The position numbers and the translations under genes were made by a program. From the NCBI GenBank assembly GCA_046758445.1, contig JBHIAE010000010.1:1-64000 (forward strand): a stretch of DNA of 64,000 nt. Reading direction: 5' to 3'. Position 1 is the first letter of the stretch. The number at the start of each line of letters is the position of its first letter. Below are positions 1 through 9,490 of this stretch, one piece after another. The stretch comes from Candidatus Thorarchaeota archaeon (lineage in GTDB: Archaea > Asgardarchaeota > Thorarchaeia > Thorarchaeales > Thorarchaeaceae). A model generated the notes under the pieces. That model did not search any database, was not told the DNA's origin, and worked only from the letters and a program-made list of their open reading frames with translations.

Positions 1-770
1 TCAAGAATGTCTATAGCCTTCTTCTTGGCATCGCCAGGGAGCCCGAGCTCGGTCCCGAACCTATGCACGAATTCCACTGGGTTGCTGTGTGGAATCTTCA
101 GGTTCAGATAGCGGAGAATTAGTCTAACGCAGAGGCTCAGTTCCTTCCTTGTGATGTGTATCTGATCTGTGATTTCTTCGAGGGGCCGTGGAACCTGATG
201 CACTCTACAAGCGAGGTATAGTGAAGCTGCAATCATCCCAAGGATTGTACGTCCTCGGGTGAGACGCTTTCGGAGAGCCTTTCGGTAAATCACTGCAGAA
301 GTTTCTCGAATTGAGTAGGGGATGCTCAATTGAGAACTGATTCTATGGAGTTCAGTCATTGCAACCGCAAGGTTGCGCTTGTCAGAGGAATGTACCTTGG
401 TGCGTATCTGCCACTTTCGCAGCCTATGTATCTGTGCTCTTCGTGTAGAAGTCAGTTTTCTCCCAGAGGCATCGACATTTTGACGTCCGATTATTGTCGT
501 CAGTCCTTGGTCGAACTTACTCCAGTCAGTGGGACCCCCCACGCGCTGCCGGGCGTTCTGCTCATCGGCAGTGAACGCACGCCACTCAGGACCCATATCA
601 ATAGATCTGTCAGAAAGAACAAGCCCACAGCTCGAACAGATTATCTCTCCCCTGGTACTATCAATGAAGACTTCGTTTGAGCTACAGGTAGAACACACAT
701 ATCTGGCCGCACCAAGTACTTTATCTCTGGATCTCTTTGTCTTCGCCTGTCTGCTGGCCAGTGCAATCAT
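1..770 (-). CDS. tfb: Transcription initiation factor IIB (TFB); C-terminal part runs off the window start
   Basis: Not in the ORF track; translated by hand from ATG at 770 (GGAG just upstream): Zn ribbon CSTC...CSSCG, B-reader DMGPEWRAF, RLRKWQ and cyclin-fold LYLACR motifs. Confidence 0.95.
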   Translation of the reverse strand, partial: MIALASRQAKTKRSRDKVLGAARYVCSTCSSNEVFIDSTRGEIICSSCGLVLSDRSIDMGPEWRAFTADEQNARQRVGGPTDWSKFDQGLTTIIGRQNVDASGRKLTSTRRAQIHRLRKWQIRTKVHSSDKRNLAVAMTELHRISSQLSIPYSIRETSAVIYRKALRKRLTRGRTILGMIAASLYLACRVHQVPRPLEEITDQIHITRKELSLCVRLILRYLNLKIPHSNPVEFVHRFGTELGLPGDAKKKAIDIL

Positions 771-1081
771 CTCCCTGCAAACCCTATCGAAAGATAGAGT
801 TGCCGTCAGAGCAGTTGTGGATACCGGTGCAGTGTGCCCACCCATGGCGTTGAAAGGGCACGTGTTAGTGACGCGCGAGTTCTCAGAGAGAACAGGTTGC
901 GCAGACAGAAAATCATTATAAACTCTTTGCCGCTTTCACTGAAATCATTCATTGTATAGTTGAAGAATGTATAGCTCATGTTTCGTGCTAATACTATCGC
1001 CATTTGTGCCCTTGGTACCACGGTCGAGCATCTCTAGCGTTTCATTTATGAGCCAAGCAAATCATTCTCGTAGTCAATGAG

Positions 1082-3007
1082 GTGAATTGTATCTTGGGTG
1101 GTGAGAAGGCCATTGACAATCCCTGGGCTCATGCCGTCGACCTAGTGATGGAAGCGATAGCGAGAGCAACAGGAGGCGAGTTGGAGACTGTCAAGGGCCA
1201 TCTAGAGATTCCTCCGGACTCAGCTCTCGGGGATCTCGCCATCACTCTGGCCTTCCGCATCGCCAAGGAGCGAGAGGAGAATCCCGCCAAGATTGCAGCC
1301 GAGATGTCTGAAAAGTTGAAGCGGGAGGCGGATTTGGAACCACTGATCGACAGAGTAGAAGTCAAAGGACCCTACATCAATCTGTTTCTGTCAAGAGGCC
1401 CCCTAGCAGACCTAACCATACACACAGTGGACAACCTAGGTCCGGAGTATGGCAGAACCCGAGATTACATAGGAAAACGTGCTCTCATAGAATCACCAGC
1501 CGTAAACCCCTCAAAGCCGTGGCACATCGGCCATACTAGAAATGCAGTACTTGGTGATACGCTCGGAAACATTCTCGAGGCTGTTGGGTACGAGGTTATC
1601 AGAACGGACTGGATAAACGACCTTGGTCTTCAGATTGCTCAACTGCTCTGGCGCCTGATGCAGGAAAAGAAGACCAAGCCAAAGGAGAAGTATGATCACT
1701 ATCTAGGACGTCTATATGTCGATGCTCAGGAGAAATTCGAAACAGACGAGAAGGTCGAGGTCGAGATTAGGGAGGTTTCACGGGATCTTGAGCACCGCGA
1801 TACAGAAGCAGCAAAGAGAAGCGAGAAGATGGTGACAGAGTGTCTCAAGGCACAGTGTCAGACTGCCTACCGTCTGGGCATATATCATGACTTCCAGATA
1901 TGGGAGAGCACAATTGCTCACAGTGGGCTCCTTGATCGTGCGAGGGAAATGATGCTGGAAAGCGAGAACATCTTTGTCCCAGAAGAGGGCGATAAGGCAG
2001 GATGTGTCGTGGCTGACCTTCGCACCATTGACGAATTCAAAGACATGAAGGATCCTTACAAGGTACTATTCAGGTCGGATGGAACCAGAACGTACACAGG
2101 CGCCGATGTCGCATTCCAGATGTGGAAGTTCGGGATGGTTGAGGACCCGTTTCTCTACAAAGTCTTTGAAAGACAGCCAAACGACAAGGATGTCTTCAAG
2201 ACCGCTACGGAAGGTACGAAGCACGACTTCGGCAAGATTGATCTCGTGTTCAATGTCGTCGGCTCCGACCAATCTCAACCACAGCGACTCGTGTACACTA
2301 TCATGGATCTCCTGGGTTTCAAGGAGCAAAGCGAGAACTCGCATCATATCGCATACGAGTTTGTCGGGCTTGAGGGCGTCGATTTCTCAGGAAGGGAGGG
2401 AACTTGGATAGGATACTCAAGTGACGAGGTCTTGGACAAGGCTCAGAAGCTGGCAAGAGAGGAGGTCGAGAAACGAAACCCCGAAGAAGATGATACATTC
2501 AAAGACAGGGTAGCGACAATGATCGGGTCAGGCGCGGTCAGATATCACCTTCTCAAAGCATCACCTGACAGGAAGATCACATTCAGGTGGGATGATGCAC
2601 TTGACTTCAACGGAGATGCCGCCCCGTATCTCCAGTACTCTCACGCAAGAGCGCAAAGGATTCTCGAGAGGGGAGGAACTGAAAGATCTTCGACTGTCGA
2701 CCTTACCCTTCTTTCAAAGGACGAGGAATTTGCTCTCGTCAAGGCTATGGCCAGACTACCTGAAGAAGTACTAGAGGTTGCACGTGGACTCAGGAAAGAA
2801 GTATGGGGGACAAGTTTCAACTCAAATCATGTGACATCATATTGCTACGAACTCGCAACGCTGTTCAGTAAGTTCTACGACTCATGTCCAGTTCTGAAAG
2901 CAGAACCTCAGCTAAGGGCCGCCCGACTCGAGCTCGTGAGGGCCTTCAGAACGACCATGGCCAATTGTCTGCGGCTAATCGGAATTCCTGTCGTGGAGAG
3001 AATGTAG
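1082..3007 (+). CDS. argS: Arginine--tRNA ligase
   Basis: NPSKPWHIGH (HIGH) motif, NDLGLQ, APYLQYSHAR, C-terminal DALR domain ending ERM. Confidence 0.97.
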   Translation: MNCILGGEKAIDNPWAHAVDLVMEAIARATGGELETVKGHLEIPPDSALGDLAITLAFRIAKEREENPAKIAAEMSEKLKREADLEPLIDRVEVKGPYINLFLSRGPLADLTIHTVDNLGPEYGRTRDYIGKRALIESPAVNPSKPWHIGHTRNAVLGDTLGNILEAVGYEVIRTDWINDLGLQIAQLLWRLMQEKKTKPKEKYDHYLGRLYVDAQEKFETDEKVEVEIREVSRDLEHRDTEAAKRSEKMVTECLKAQCQTAYRLGIYHDFQIWESTIAHSGLLDRAREMMLESENIFVPEEGDKAGCVVADLRTIDEFKDMKDPYKVLFRSDGTRTYTGADVAFQMWKFGMVEDPFLYKVFERQPNDKDVFKTATEGTKHDFGKIDLVFNVVGSDQSQPQRLVYTIMDLLGFKEQSENSHHIAYEFVGLEGVDFSGREGTWIGYSSDEVLDKAQKLAREEVEKRNPEEDDTFKDRVATMIGSGAVRYHLLKASPDRKITFRWDDALDFNGDAAPYLQYSHARAQRILERGGTERSSTVDLTLLSKDEEFALVKAMARLPEEVLEVARGLRKEVWGTSFNSNHVTSYCYELATLFSKFYDSCPVLKAEPQLRAARLELVRAFRTTMANCLRLIGIPVVERM

Positions 3008-3008
3008 T

Positions 3009-4358
3009 TTAACCCGAGCTGACCTTCGCTGATGATATCACTATGGACGGGCTTATGATTGAGAGAGAAACTCTCGTGTCTTCACCAACCATCTCAACAC
3101 GCTGAAGAAGATCCCGCATGTTTATGCCCACAAGGGTGCTCTTGACCGGATGCTGAATCTCCCCATTCTCGAAATATGCGCCCTCCATCACCATCGCACT
3201 AAGGTCACCAGTCGTCATGTTTGGACGATCTCCTGTGTTACGGCACAGAATCCCTTTGCCAACTTCTGACACCAAATCATCAAGTGAGCCTTTCCCAGGA
3301 GTCACCACAAGATTGGACGTTGAGATTGATGGTACACCAGAATACGATGGTCGGCTAGCGTTTCCAGTGTTGTCGACGTCGTCTTTGTTGGCGGTGTATG
3401 AATTATGGAGGAGGCTCTTCAGAACACGGTTCTCAATTACCTCGGTCTTCTGTGAAGGGAAGCCTTCGGCATCGAATGACCGTGAGCCAACACCCCCAGG
3501 CAGCAACCCATCGTCAACAAGGTGGAGCGACACCGACGCGATCTCTTCTCCGAATGCATCCGAGATATATGACCGCCCATATTGTACCTCTTCGGCGTTG
3601 ACTGCTCCTGCGAAGCCCCCTCCAAGAACCGTACCTGACGCAAGAGGAGCCAGTATGACTGGCATGTCGCCGCCCTCAACGGTCTTGGCTCCAAGATTGT
3701 TCACTGCATTCTCCGCAGAGGTGCGACCAATCCAATCGGGATCAATGTCCTTGAGTGTGCGGGAAACCTGTAGCTCGTAGCTTGATGTCTGGTCCGTTTC
3801 AGTCTTGATGGTCGGAGACATGTACATCCAAGAGGATGTGGATTCGGCCGAACATGAGATTCCCAGCGAATTGACAATGACCCTCGCGCCGGTCGAGACA
3901 CCAAGTTTCCCCTCGATTGCGAACTTGTATCCTTCAAGTGCATGACTCGTAGCATCGACTCCCCTCGCAATGAGATCTGCTGCATCCTCAGAGTCCAGTG
4001 CTTGAATTCTCGGGTCGAAAAGGCCTTTCACATCTGGGTAACTCGCTCTAACTGATGGTAGGCTGATGAAGTGGGGATCCTCTACGGAAGCTTTTGCCAG
4101 CTTCACAGATTTCTCTGCGGCTTCTATCAGGTCACTCTCCTGGACCGTCGTGACGTAGGCAAATCCAACCTTCTTGCCCACCACTGAGCGAATTCCGCAA
4201 CCTGCATCGCGTTTGTCGGACGCACTCTTGATAGCATTGTTCTCGACATCGATGGAGAATGATCGTGTTGAACCTATGTACACCTCTGCCTGATCTGCTC
4301 CAAAGCCTTCAGCCTTTTGAGCCGCCTTGTGCGCAATGTCAAGAAGACGGTCTTTCAT
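3009..4358 (-). CDS. pmbA: TldE/PmbA family protein
   Basis: FDAEG and TGNASR motifs, no HExxxH; start trimmed to MKDRLL, 2 nt after the tldD stop. Confidence 0.92.
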   Translation of the reverse strand: MKDRLLDIAHKAAQKAEGFGADQAEVYIGSTRSFSIDVENNAIKSASDKRDAGCGIRSVVGKKVGFAYVTTVQESDLIEAAEKSVKLAKASVEDPHFISLPSVRASYPDVKGLFDPRIQALDSEDAADLIARGVDATSHALEGYKFAIEGKLGVSTGARVIVNSLGISCSAESTSSWMYMSPTIKTETDQTSSYELQVSRTLKDIDPDWIGRTSAENAVNNLGAKTVEGGDMPVILAPLASGTVLGGGFAGAVNAEEVQYGRSYISDAFGEEIASVSLHLVDDGLLPGGVGSRSFDAEGFPSQKTEVIENRVLKSLLHNSYTANKDDVDNTGNASRPSYSGVPSISTSNLVVTPGKGSLDDLVSEVGKGILCRNTGDRPNMTTGDLSAMVMEGAYFENGEIQHPVKSTLVGINMRDLLQRVEMVGEDTRVSLSIISPSIVISSAKVSSG

Positions 4359-4359
4359 T

Positions 4360-5754
4360 TCACATTCCCCCCACCGGAATGCTTCTGATACGAGCATGTG
4401 GCCCTCCAGACATGTCCGGGACCATCTGTCCGTTCTTTCCGCATGTGCCAGCATCCATCTTGAAGTCCTTACCAACAGCATCGATCTTGGGAAGCACCTC
4501 AAGTATCTGTCCCGCAAGAGAAACATCTCTCACCATCTGTCCAATCTCACCCTTCTCAATGATGTAGCCATGACTGGCCTGAAACATGAATTGGCCTTTC
4601 GATGGTTCGGTGTAACCATAGTTGAAACTGCACAGCAGGATTCCCTCTCCGGTATCAGCAATCAGTTCATCAACATCCCAGTCGCCGGGCTCCATCAGAG
4701 TATTGGACATTCTGGGCAAAGGTGAGTGCATGAAGGACTGTGCTCTTCCGGCCCCGTTTGGCTGCATCCTCAACCGGACAGAAGTCTCTAGTGTGTGAAG
4801 AAGTTCTGTCAGTATTCCATCCTTGACCAAATGTCTCTTACTCGTTTTGGTACCTTCCCAGTCGTAGTCGAAGCTGCCACGCTCGCCAGGCATTGTTGGG
4901 TCGTCACTGAGGTTCAGGTGCTCAGGACCCACGCGCTTCCCGACCTTATCCTCGAGGACTGTCGTGTGTGCAGGCCAATTGTCTGCCTCACATGCATGTC
5001 CAAAGGCCTCATGTACCATCACACCATTCAGCACCGGGTCCATGACAACGTCATAGTTCCCACCCTTCGCTGCAACAGAAGATAGCAAGTCAATTGCCAT
5101 CGTTGCAGACTCCTCGCCAATGTTCTGCGGCCTTTCTCTTTCAAGCTCTTCGAAGCCGCCCTTGACCCCATGCGACTTGAAAGCACGTTGTCTGCTTGTG
5201 CCGTCCCTGGCAGTTGACATGGAGATGATTCGTGGTAGCGTGTTCGTGGTCCGGACGTCTGTACCCAGAGAGTTGGCAATGTAGAGCTCAGTCCAAAGGT
5301 CACCATACACTGTTCGCGTGTTTATGATTCGATTGTCGAAAGACCTAGCTTGGTCATCAATCATCTTGACGTAGATCATCTTGTCCTCAAATGTCACGTC
5401 GTCAAATGGTTTTGGCACCCGGTAATCAATGCGGTCCTTGAACGTAGGACCGTCTATGTCGAACTGCTCCGCCACTCTGGACTTTGTTGCAAGAGCCAGT
5501 TTGGCTACAGACCTTCCGGTTTCTCGCATTCCTTCATTGGTCAAATCAGTGGTTTGACCAAAAGCCCAGGCCCCATCGATGAAGGCTCGTATTCCAGCGC
5601 CCCTGAGACGAGAGGCCAAGAACCTCTTGGTAACACCGTCGGTCATCTCGATAATCGTAGTGACCGTGTTCTCGATCCGCACATCCGCGAAGGATGCGCC
5701 TTCATTCAGAGCTGCTTCGATTGCGGCTTGTGCAAGATTCTCCATTGGCATCAC
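4360..5754 (-). CDS. tldD: TldD family metalloprotease
   Basis: HEAFGHACEAD zinc motif, PRMSNT, C-terminal CGKNGQ..P. Confidence 0.95.
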   Translation of the reverse strand: MMPMENLAQAAIEAALNEGASFADVRIENTVTTIIEMTDGVTKRFLASRLRGAGIRAFIDGAWAFGQTTDLTNEGMRETGRSVAKLALATKSRVAEQFDIDGPTFKDRIDYRVPKPFDDVTFEDKMIYVKMIDDQARSFDNRIINTRTVYGDLWTELYIANSLGTDVRTTNTLPRIISMSTARDGTSRQRAFKSHGVKGGFEELERERPQNIGEESATMAIDLLSSVAAKGGNYDVVMDPVLNGVMVHEAFGHACEADNWPAHTTVLEDKVGKRVGPEHLNLSDDPTMPGERGSFDYDWEGTKTSKRHLVKDGILTELLHTLETSVRLRMQPNGAGRAQSFMHSPLPRMSNTLMEPGDWDVDELIADTGEGILLCSFNYGYTEPSKGQFMFQASHGYIIEKGEIGQMVRDVSLAGQILEVLPKIDAVGKDFKMDAGTCGKNGQMVPDMSGGPHARIRSIPVGGM

Positions 5755-5929
5755 GGTGATGTCAGTGATGCCGACTGAAACCGTGTGAATCCATTATAAC
5801 TGATGTGGACTGGCAGCTTTCTGTAGTACTGAGTGTGTCCTCATACTCAGAGGACCTACTAATACGAGCGTGATACACGGGTTATTCTTAGCTTGCATTG
5901 GTACAGTACAGGACATAGGAGCTATACAC

Positions 5930-7486
5930 TTGACCCTAGATTCTTCGTCCAAACGTTGTCCCTCATGTCAGCGTAACAATGCCAGTCACATGTGTGAGGA
6001 CTGTGGCACTGTGCTATGCTCTGAGTGCTTGGAACCTAGATCAAGTGAATACCAAGTATGCAAAGACTGTCACAACTCAGTATCCAGTTCGTACGAAGAG
6101 GACAAGATAGAAGTCTGTCCTGAGTGTGAGTCTGAGAACATAAGCACCGGTCGACGCACCGAGGACATGTGCCCCCGATGCCACTCAGGCCGCATCGTCC
6201 TTCTTGAAGAGAAACGAAGAAGCCTTGCGCAGGACCTTCGCCATGCAATAATGAACATTCAATATGGCCATACTAGACTTCGCGAGTTCGCGAATCGATT
6301 GGACTCAGCTAAGAGGATACTTGTTTCGTTGAGGATGGCGAACTTCCTACATTATCATTGGCTTGAGGACAAGATTGAAACAATCCAAGAGGAGCTTCCT
6401 GCAATCAAGAACAGGGTTGGTAACCAAGCTGAGATAGTATCCCGAAGAATGGCAGCGGAAACAAGCGGACTAATAGACTACAATCGGTGGACTCCAGGAC
6501 AATTTCCATTCATCGAAGGGGTCACAAACAGGGTTTCAGAGATTAGCAACCACTACAAGCAGAACGTAGACGATGCTCTGGATGAAGTGAAGCCCTTACT
6601 GAATGACGTGAGTACGCAGCTTGATGGACTGAGCTATCACCGGACCGAGTTCAAAGAGTTCTATGAACATGGCGAGTTATCCGTGAATGAACTGCCTGTC
6701 TGTGCTCTGCCAGATATCAAGATGGTGGGGAGCAACTTCCTGAAGAATGACAAGGCCGAGGGGACCATGTATATCACCAACAAGAGGTTGATCTTCGTCG
6801 CTGAAACTGGCAGGCTTCGTAAGAAGACAGAGATTGTGTTTGACTTCCCACTCGTCTACCTGAAGGAGATAGAAGAGGACGGTCGCCTGAGGAAGAAGCT
6901 TGTCCTAAAGATGAAACAAGGAAACCTGCGGATTAGCTGCAATGAAGAAACGAAGAAGGTCCTTCCCGACTACATTGAGATTGCCAGACGATTTGAGAGG
7001 TACATGCAGACTGACCTTCAAAGAGTAAGGAAGATTGAGCAGAAGTCAGTGAGCATCAGCGATGTCCGACTCAAAATCGAAGGTTTGGTCTACTCCCTCC
7101 TTTCAGGTGGAAACATAGAGCTTCAAGACGGGTTGCCTACAAGACGGTGGCTGGACACTAGGGCAAAACCCACCCCAATGAGGATGCGCGATAATGCGTC
7201 AAGATATGACTACTATGACAGCTCAAAGAGGTTCAGAGACCACTTGGAAGACACCATAGGTCGGGCTGACTATGGTACAAGAGGCCAGGACACACAATTG
7301 GAAACACTGCGACGAAACGCAATGGAAATCGATGGGGCAATTGACGAAACAATTCGATTGATGCGTAGCGGCCATTTGGTCACTGAGGACTTCATCAGAA
7401 GGTATCGTGGACTCATGCGTGACTCATACTACACGAGAAGAGAGATTGAACGTGTTGCCAGGGAAATGGGCAGATACAGATGGTAG
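5930..7486 (+). CDS. Multi-domain ESCRT-I-like protein: Cys-rich Zn fingers, helical region, PH/GRAM-like domain, C-terminal steadiness-box (Vps23-core)-like hairpin
   Basis: CPSC..CEDC..CSEC, CKDC..CPEC, CPRC; EGTMYITNKRLIF (GRAM/PH-like); AIDETIRLMRSGHLVTEDFIRRYRGLMRDSYYTR resembles the Vps23/TSG101 steadiness box; TTG start at 5930 after AGGAG; adjacent to ESCRT-III. Confidence 0.7.
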   Translation: MTLDSSSKRCPSCQRNNASHMCEDCGTVLCSECLEPRSSEYQVCKDCHNSVSSSYEEDKIEVCPECESENISTGRRTEDMCPRCHSGRIVLLEEKRRSLAQDLRHAIMNIQYGHTRLREFANRLDSAKRILVSLRMANFLHYHWLEDKIETIQEELPAIKNRVGNQAEIVSRRMAAETSGLIDYNRWTPGQFPFIEGVTNRVSEISNHYKQNVDDALDEVKPLLNDVSTQLDGLSYHRTEFKEFYEHGELSVNELPVCALPDIKMVGSNFLKNDKAEGTMYITNKRLIFVAETGRLRKKTEIVFDFPLVYLKEIEEDGRLRKKLVLKMKQGNLRISCNEETKKVLPDYIEIARRFERYMQTDLQRVRKIEQKSVSISDVRLKIEGLVYSLLSGGNIELQDGLPTRRWLDTRAKPTPMRMRDNASRYDYYDSSKRFRDHLEDTIGRADYGTRGQDTQLETLRRNAMEIDGAIDETIRLMRSGHLVTEDFIRRYRGLMRDSYYTRREIERVAREMGRYRW

Positions 7487-8095
7487 TTAGATTCCAAGTT
7501 CGCGCTCCAGCTCTTTGATGTCTTCTTCTAGAGACTCGGTTTCTGAAACAGGCTTAGCCACAGCAGAGGCGTCCAAAAGGCCTGCTTCTACATCAAGTTC
7601 CTGCATTGCACTTGATAGATCTTCAGAACTCACATCCATGGTCATGTCAAGTGCTTCACCGGAAATGCTGGCCTCAATCTCGAAATCATCAAGTCTTCGT
7701 GCGATTTCATCGACGTTCTCAACTAGCTTCTTCGCATCTGAAGTATTCCCGAGCATTCCGAGTATCTTACCGACTTCTTCTAGCGCGCGGCTCGTCTTCG
7801 CAGACGTCTGTGCTCGATTCAAATGAGCAAGTATCTTCAGTATTTGAAGACGCGACTTGTCTACGGAAAGAGCGAACCTACGAAAGCGAACCATCTCCGT
7901 CGCATAGGTTCGGAATGCCTCAACTTGCCCGGTCTTCCTGGCTTTGACAGCCCTGGCCTTTGTGTCCCGTTCCTCTTTCTCTAACTTGTTTCTCTGTCGC
8001 TCCAGCTGTTTGGCCAGGATTCTTAGCTGACTGGATACCTCGCCAGCATCAGGCCTCTTGCGACCCCATGAGAACGCCTTCCTTAGTGAATCCAA
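7487..8095 (-). CDS. ESCRT-III subunit, Vps2/24/46 (CHMP1-3) type, Snf7 family
   Basis: Basic N-terminal helical hairpin (KARKTGQVEAFRTYATEMVRFRR, CHMP2-like), acidic C-terminus ending in a MIM-like helix LEEDIKELERELGI; divergent from vps4. Confidence 0.9.
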   Translation of the reverse strand: MDSLRKAFSWGRKRPDAGEVSSQLRILAKQLERQRNKLEKEERDTKARAVKARKTGQVEAFRTYATEMVRFRRFALSVDKSRLQILKILAHLNRAQTSAKTSRALEEVGKILGMLGNTSDAKKLVENVDEIARRLDDFEIEASISGEALDMTMDVSSEDLSSAMQELDVEAGLLDASAVAKPVSETESLEEDIKELERELGI

Positions 8096-8151
8096 GAAAA
8101 CTCACCACGTCTACGGGACATATTCCCTGAAGTCTAGCTTGGAAGTTCCGC

Positions 8152-8240
8152 GTTTAAACCTTCGCAGGACAGGCCAATCTGAAGGTCATCTCATCAGGAG
8201 TATACCACGTATGGTAACAGTCACACAGAAGTTATTAACG
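8152..8240. promoter_or_regulatory. Divergent promoter region between ESCRT-III and vps4, with TATA-like boxes
   Basis: GTTTAAAC at ~8152 and TTATTAA at ~8232 in a 174-bp divergent spacer. Confidence 0.45.
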
Positions 8241-8269
8241 TCAGAAGGCCCCAATAGACCTGAACTCGG

Positions 8270-9487
8270 ATGTCTGATAGGTTAGACCTGGGCTTGAAGA
8301 AACTTCTCGACAAGGCCATAGAACTGGACCAAAGGGGAATGAAGAAGGAAGCATCGCAGTACTATCTCAAGGCAAGCAAGGTCTTGATCAAGCTGTCTAA
8401 CGCATCATCTCTTCCTTCTGTCAAGAAGCACTATGTGGATAGGGCTCAGGAATGTGTGGACAGGGTCAGATACATCTCCGGTATCAAGAAGAAAGCCAGG
8501 GGGCCTCCCGACGGTCTAACGACTCCGCTCTCACCAAGTCCTGTCAGAGATGCAGAGGCCATCAGCGAAACGGAACCAGAAGCCGAAGTGGAAATGGATG
8601 AGGACACTCGAAGACTGCAGGAGATGATCGCGGACACGATTATCTCAGAGAAACCCAGCACAAAGATGTCAGAGGTGGCTGGCCTCGAAGCAGCAAAGCA
8701 GGCCATCAACGATGCGATTGTCGCACCAATGAAACATCCCGAGCTATTCATGGCGAAGGCTAGACAACCATGGAGGGGAATTCTCTTCTATGGTCCAGCA
8801 GGCTGCGGAAAGACACTGATCGCGAAAGCAGTGGCTGCAGAGGTCAATGCCACATTCTTCAATGTTTCAGCAGGAAACATAGTCAGCAAGTGGCTGGGAG
8901 AGTCGGAGAGACTTGTCATGACCCTATTTCAACTGGCCAGAAAGAGCCAGCCAGCGATAATATTCATGGATGAGCTTGACTCAATTGGGGTTTCCAGATC
9001 CGGCGACGACGTTGGCGGAGAGAGACGTCTAAAGACCCAACTATTGACAGAACTTCAGGGACTAGCTAGTGAGGCTCAGGATAGAATAACTGTGATTGGC
9101 GCGACCAACTTGCCGTGGGAGCTGGATTTCGCACTCAGATCTCGGTTTGAGAAGAAGATTCACGTTCCACTTCCTGACAAGACTGCACGAAAGAACATCT
9201 TTCAGATTCACATGGAGGACATTGAGGTTTCATCGGAGATTGACTACGATGAGCTTGCGGACCTCAGTGAAGGATACAGCGGCCGAGACATTAGCGTTGT
9301 GTGCAGAGAGGCAGCAATGGAGCCGATTAGAGACCTCCAACACTCAGGTCGAATGGATGAGGAAGAAGAGATTCTAGATATTCGTCCTGTTTCCAGAGAG
9401 GACTTTCTCCAAGCGATTGAGAACATAAGACCGGCCACTTCTCCTGAGGATGTCAAGAGATACATCGACTGGGCGGAGGGTTCGTAG
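8270..9487 (+). CDS. vps4: Vps4 AAA+ ATPase with N-terminal MIT domain
   Basis: MIT helix (AIELDQRGMKKEASQYY), PWRGILFYGPAGCGKT, SKWLGESERLV, IIFMDELD, GATNLPWELD, EGYSGRDI. Confidence 0.96.
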   Translation: MSDRLDLGLKKLLDKAIELDQRGMKKEASQYYLKASKVLIKLSNASSLPSVKKHYVDRAQECVDRVRYISGIKKKARGPPDGLTTPLSPSPVRDAEAISETEPEAEVEMDEDTRRLQEMIADTIISEKPSTKMSEVAGLEAAKQAINDAIVAPMKHPELFMAKARQPWRGILFYGPAGCGKTLIAKAVAAEVNATFFNVSAGNIVSKWLGESERLVMTLFQLARKSQPAIIFMDELDSIGVSRSGDDVGGERRLKTQLLTELQGLASEAQDRITVIGATNLPWELDFALRSRFEKKIHVPLPDKTARKNIFQIHMEDIEVSSEIDYDELADLSEGYSGRDISVVCREAAMEPIRDLQHSGRMDEEEEILDIRPVSREDFLQAIENIRPATSPEDVKRYIDWAEGS

Positions 9488-9490
9488 GTT

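Noticed and set aside
330-1021. ORF-track ORFs 330-680, 529-921 and 806-1021
   Set aside because: They are shadow frames of tfb or promoter DNA with no motifs
4359-4526. 56-aa N-terminal extension of PmbA overlapping tldD
   Set aside because: Artefact of the longest-ORF call; family similarity begins at MKDRLL (4358)
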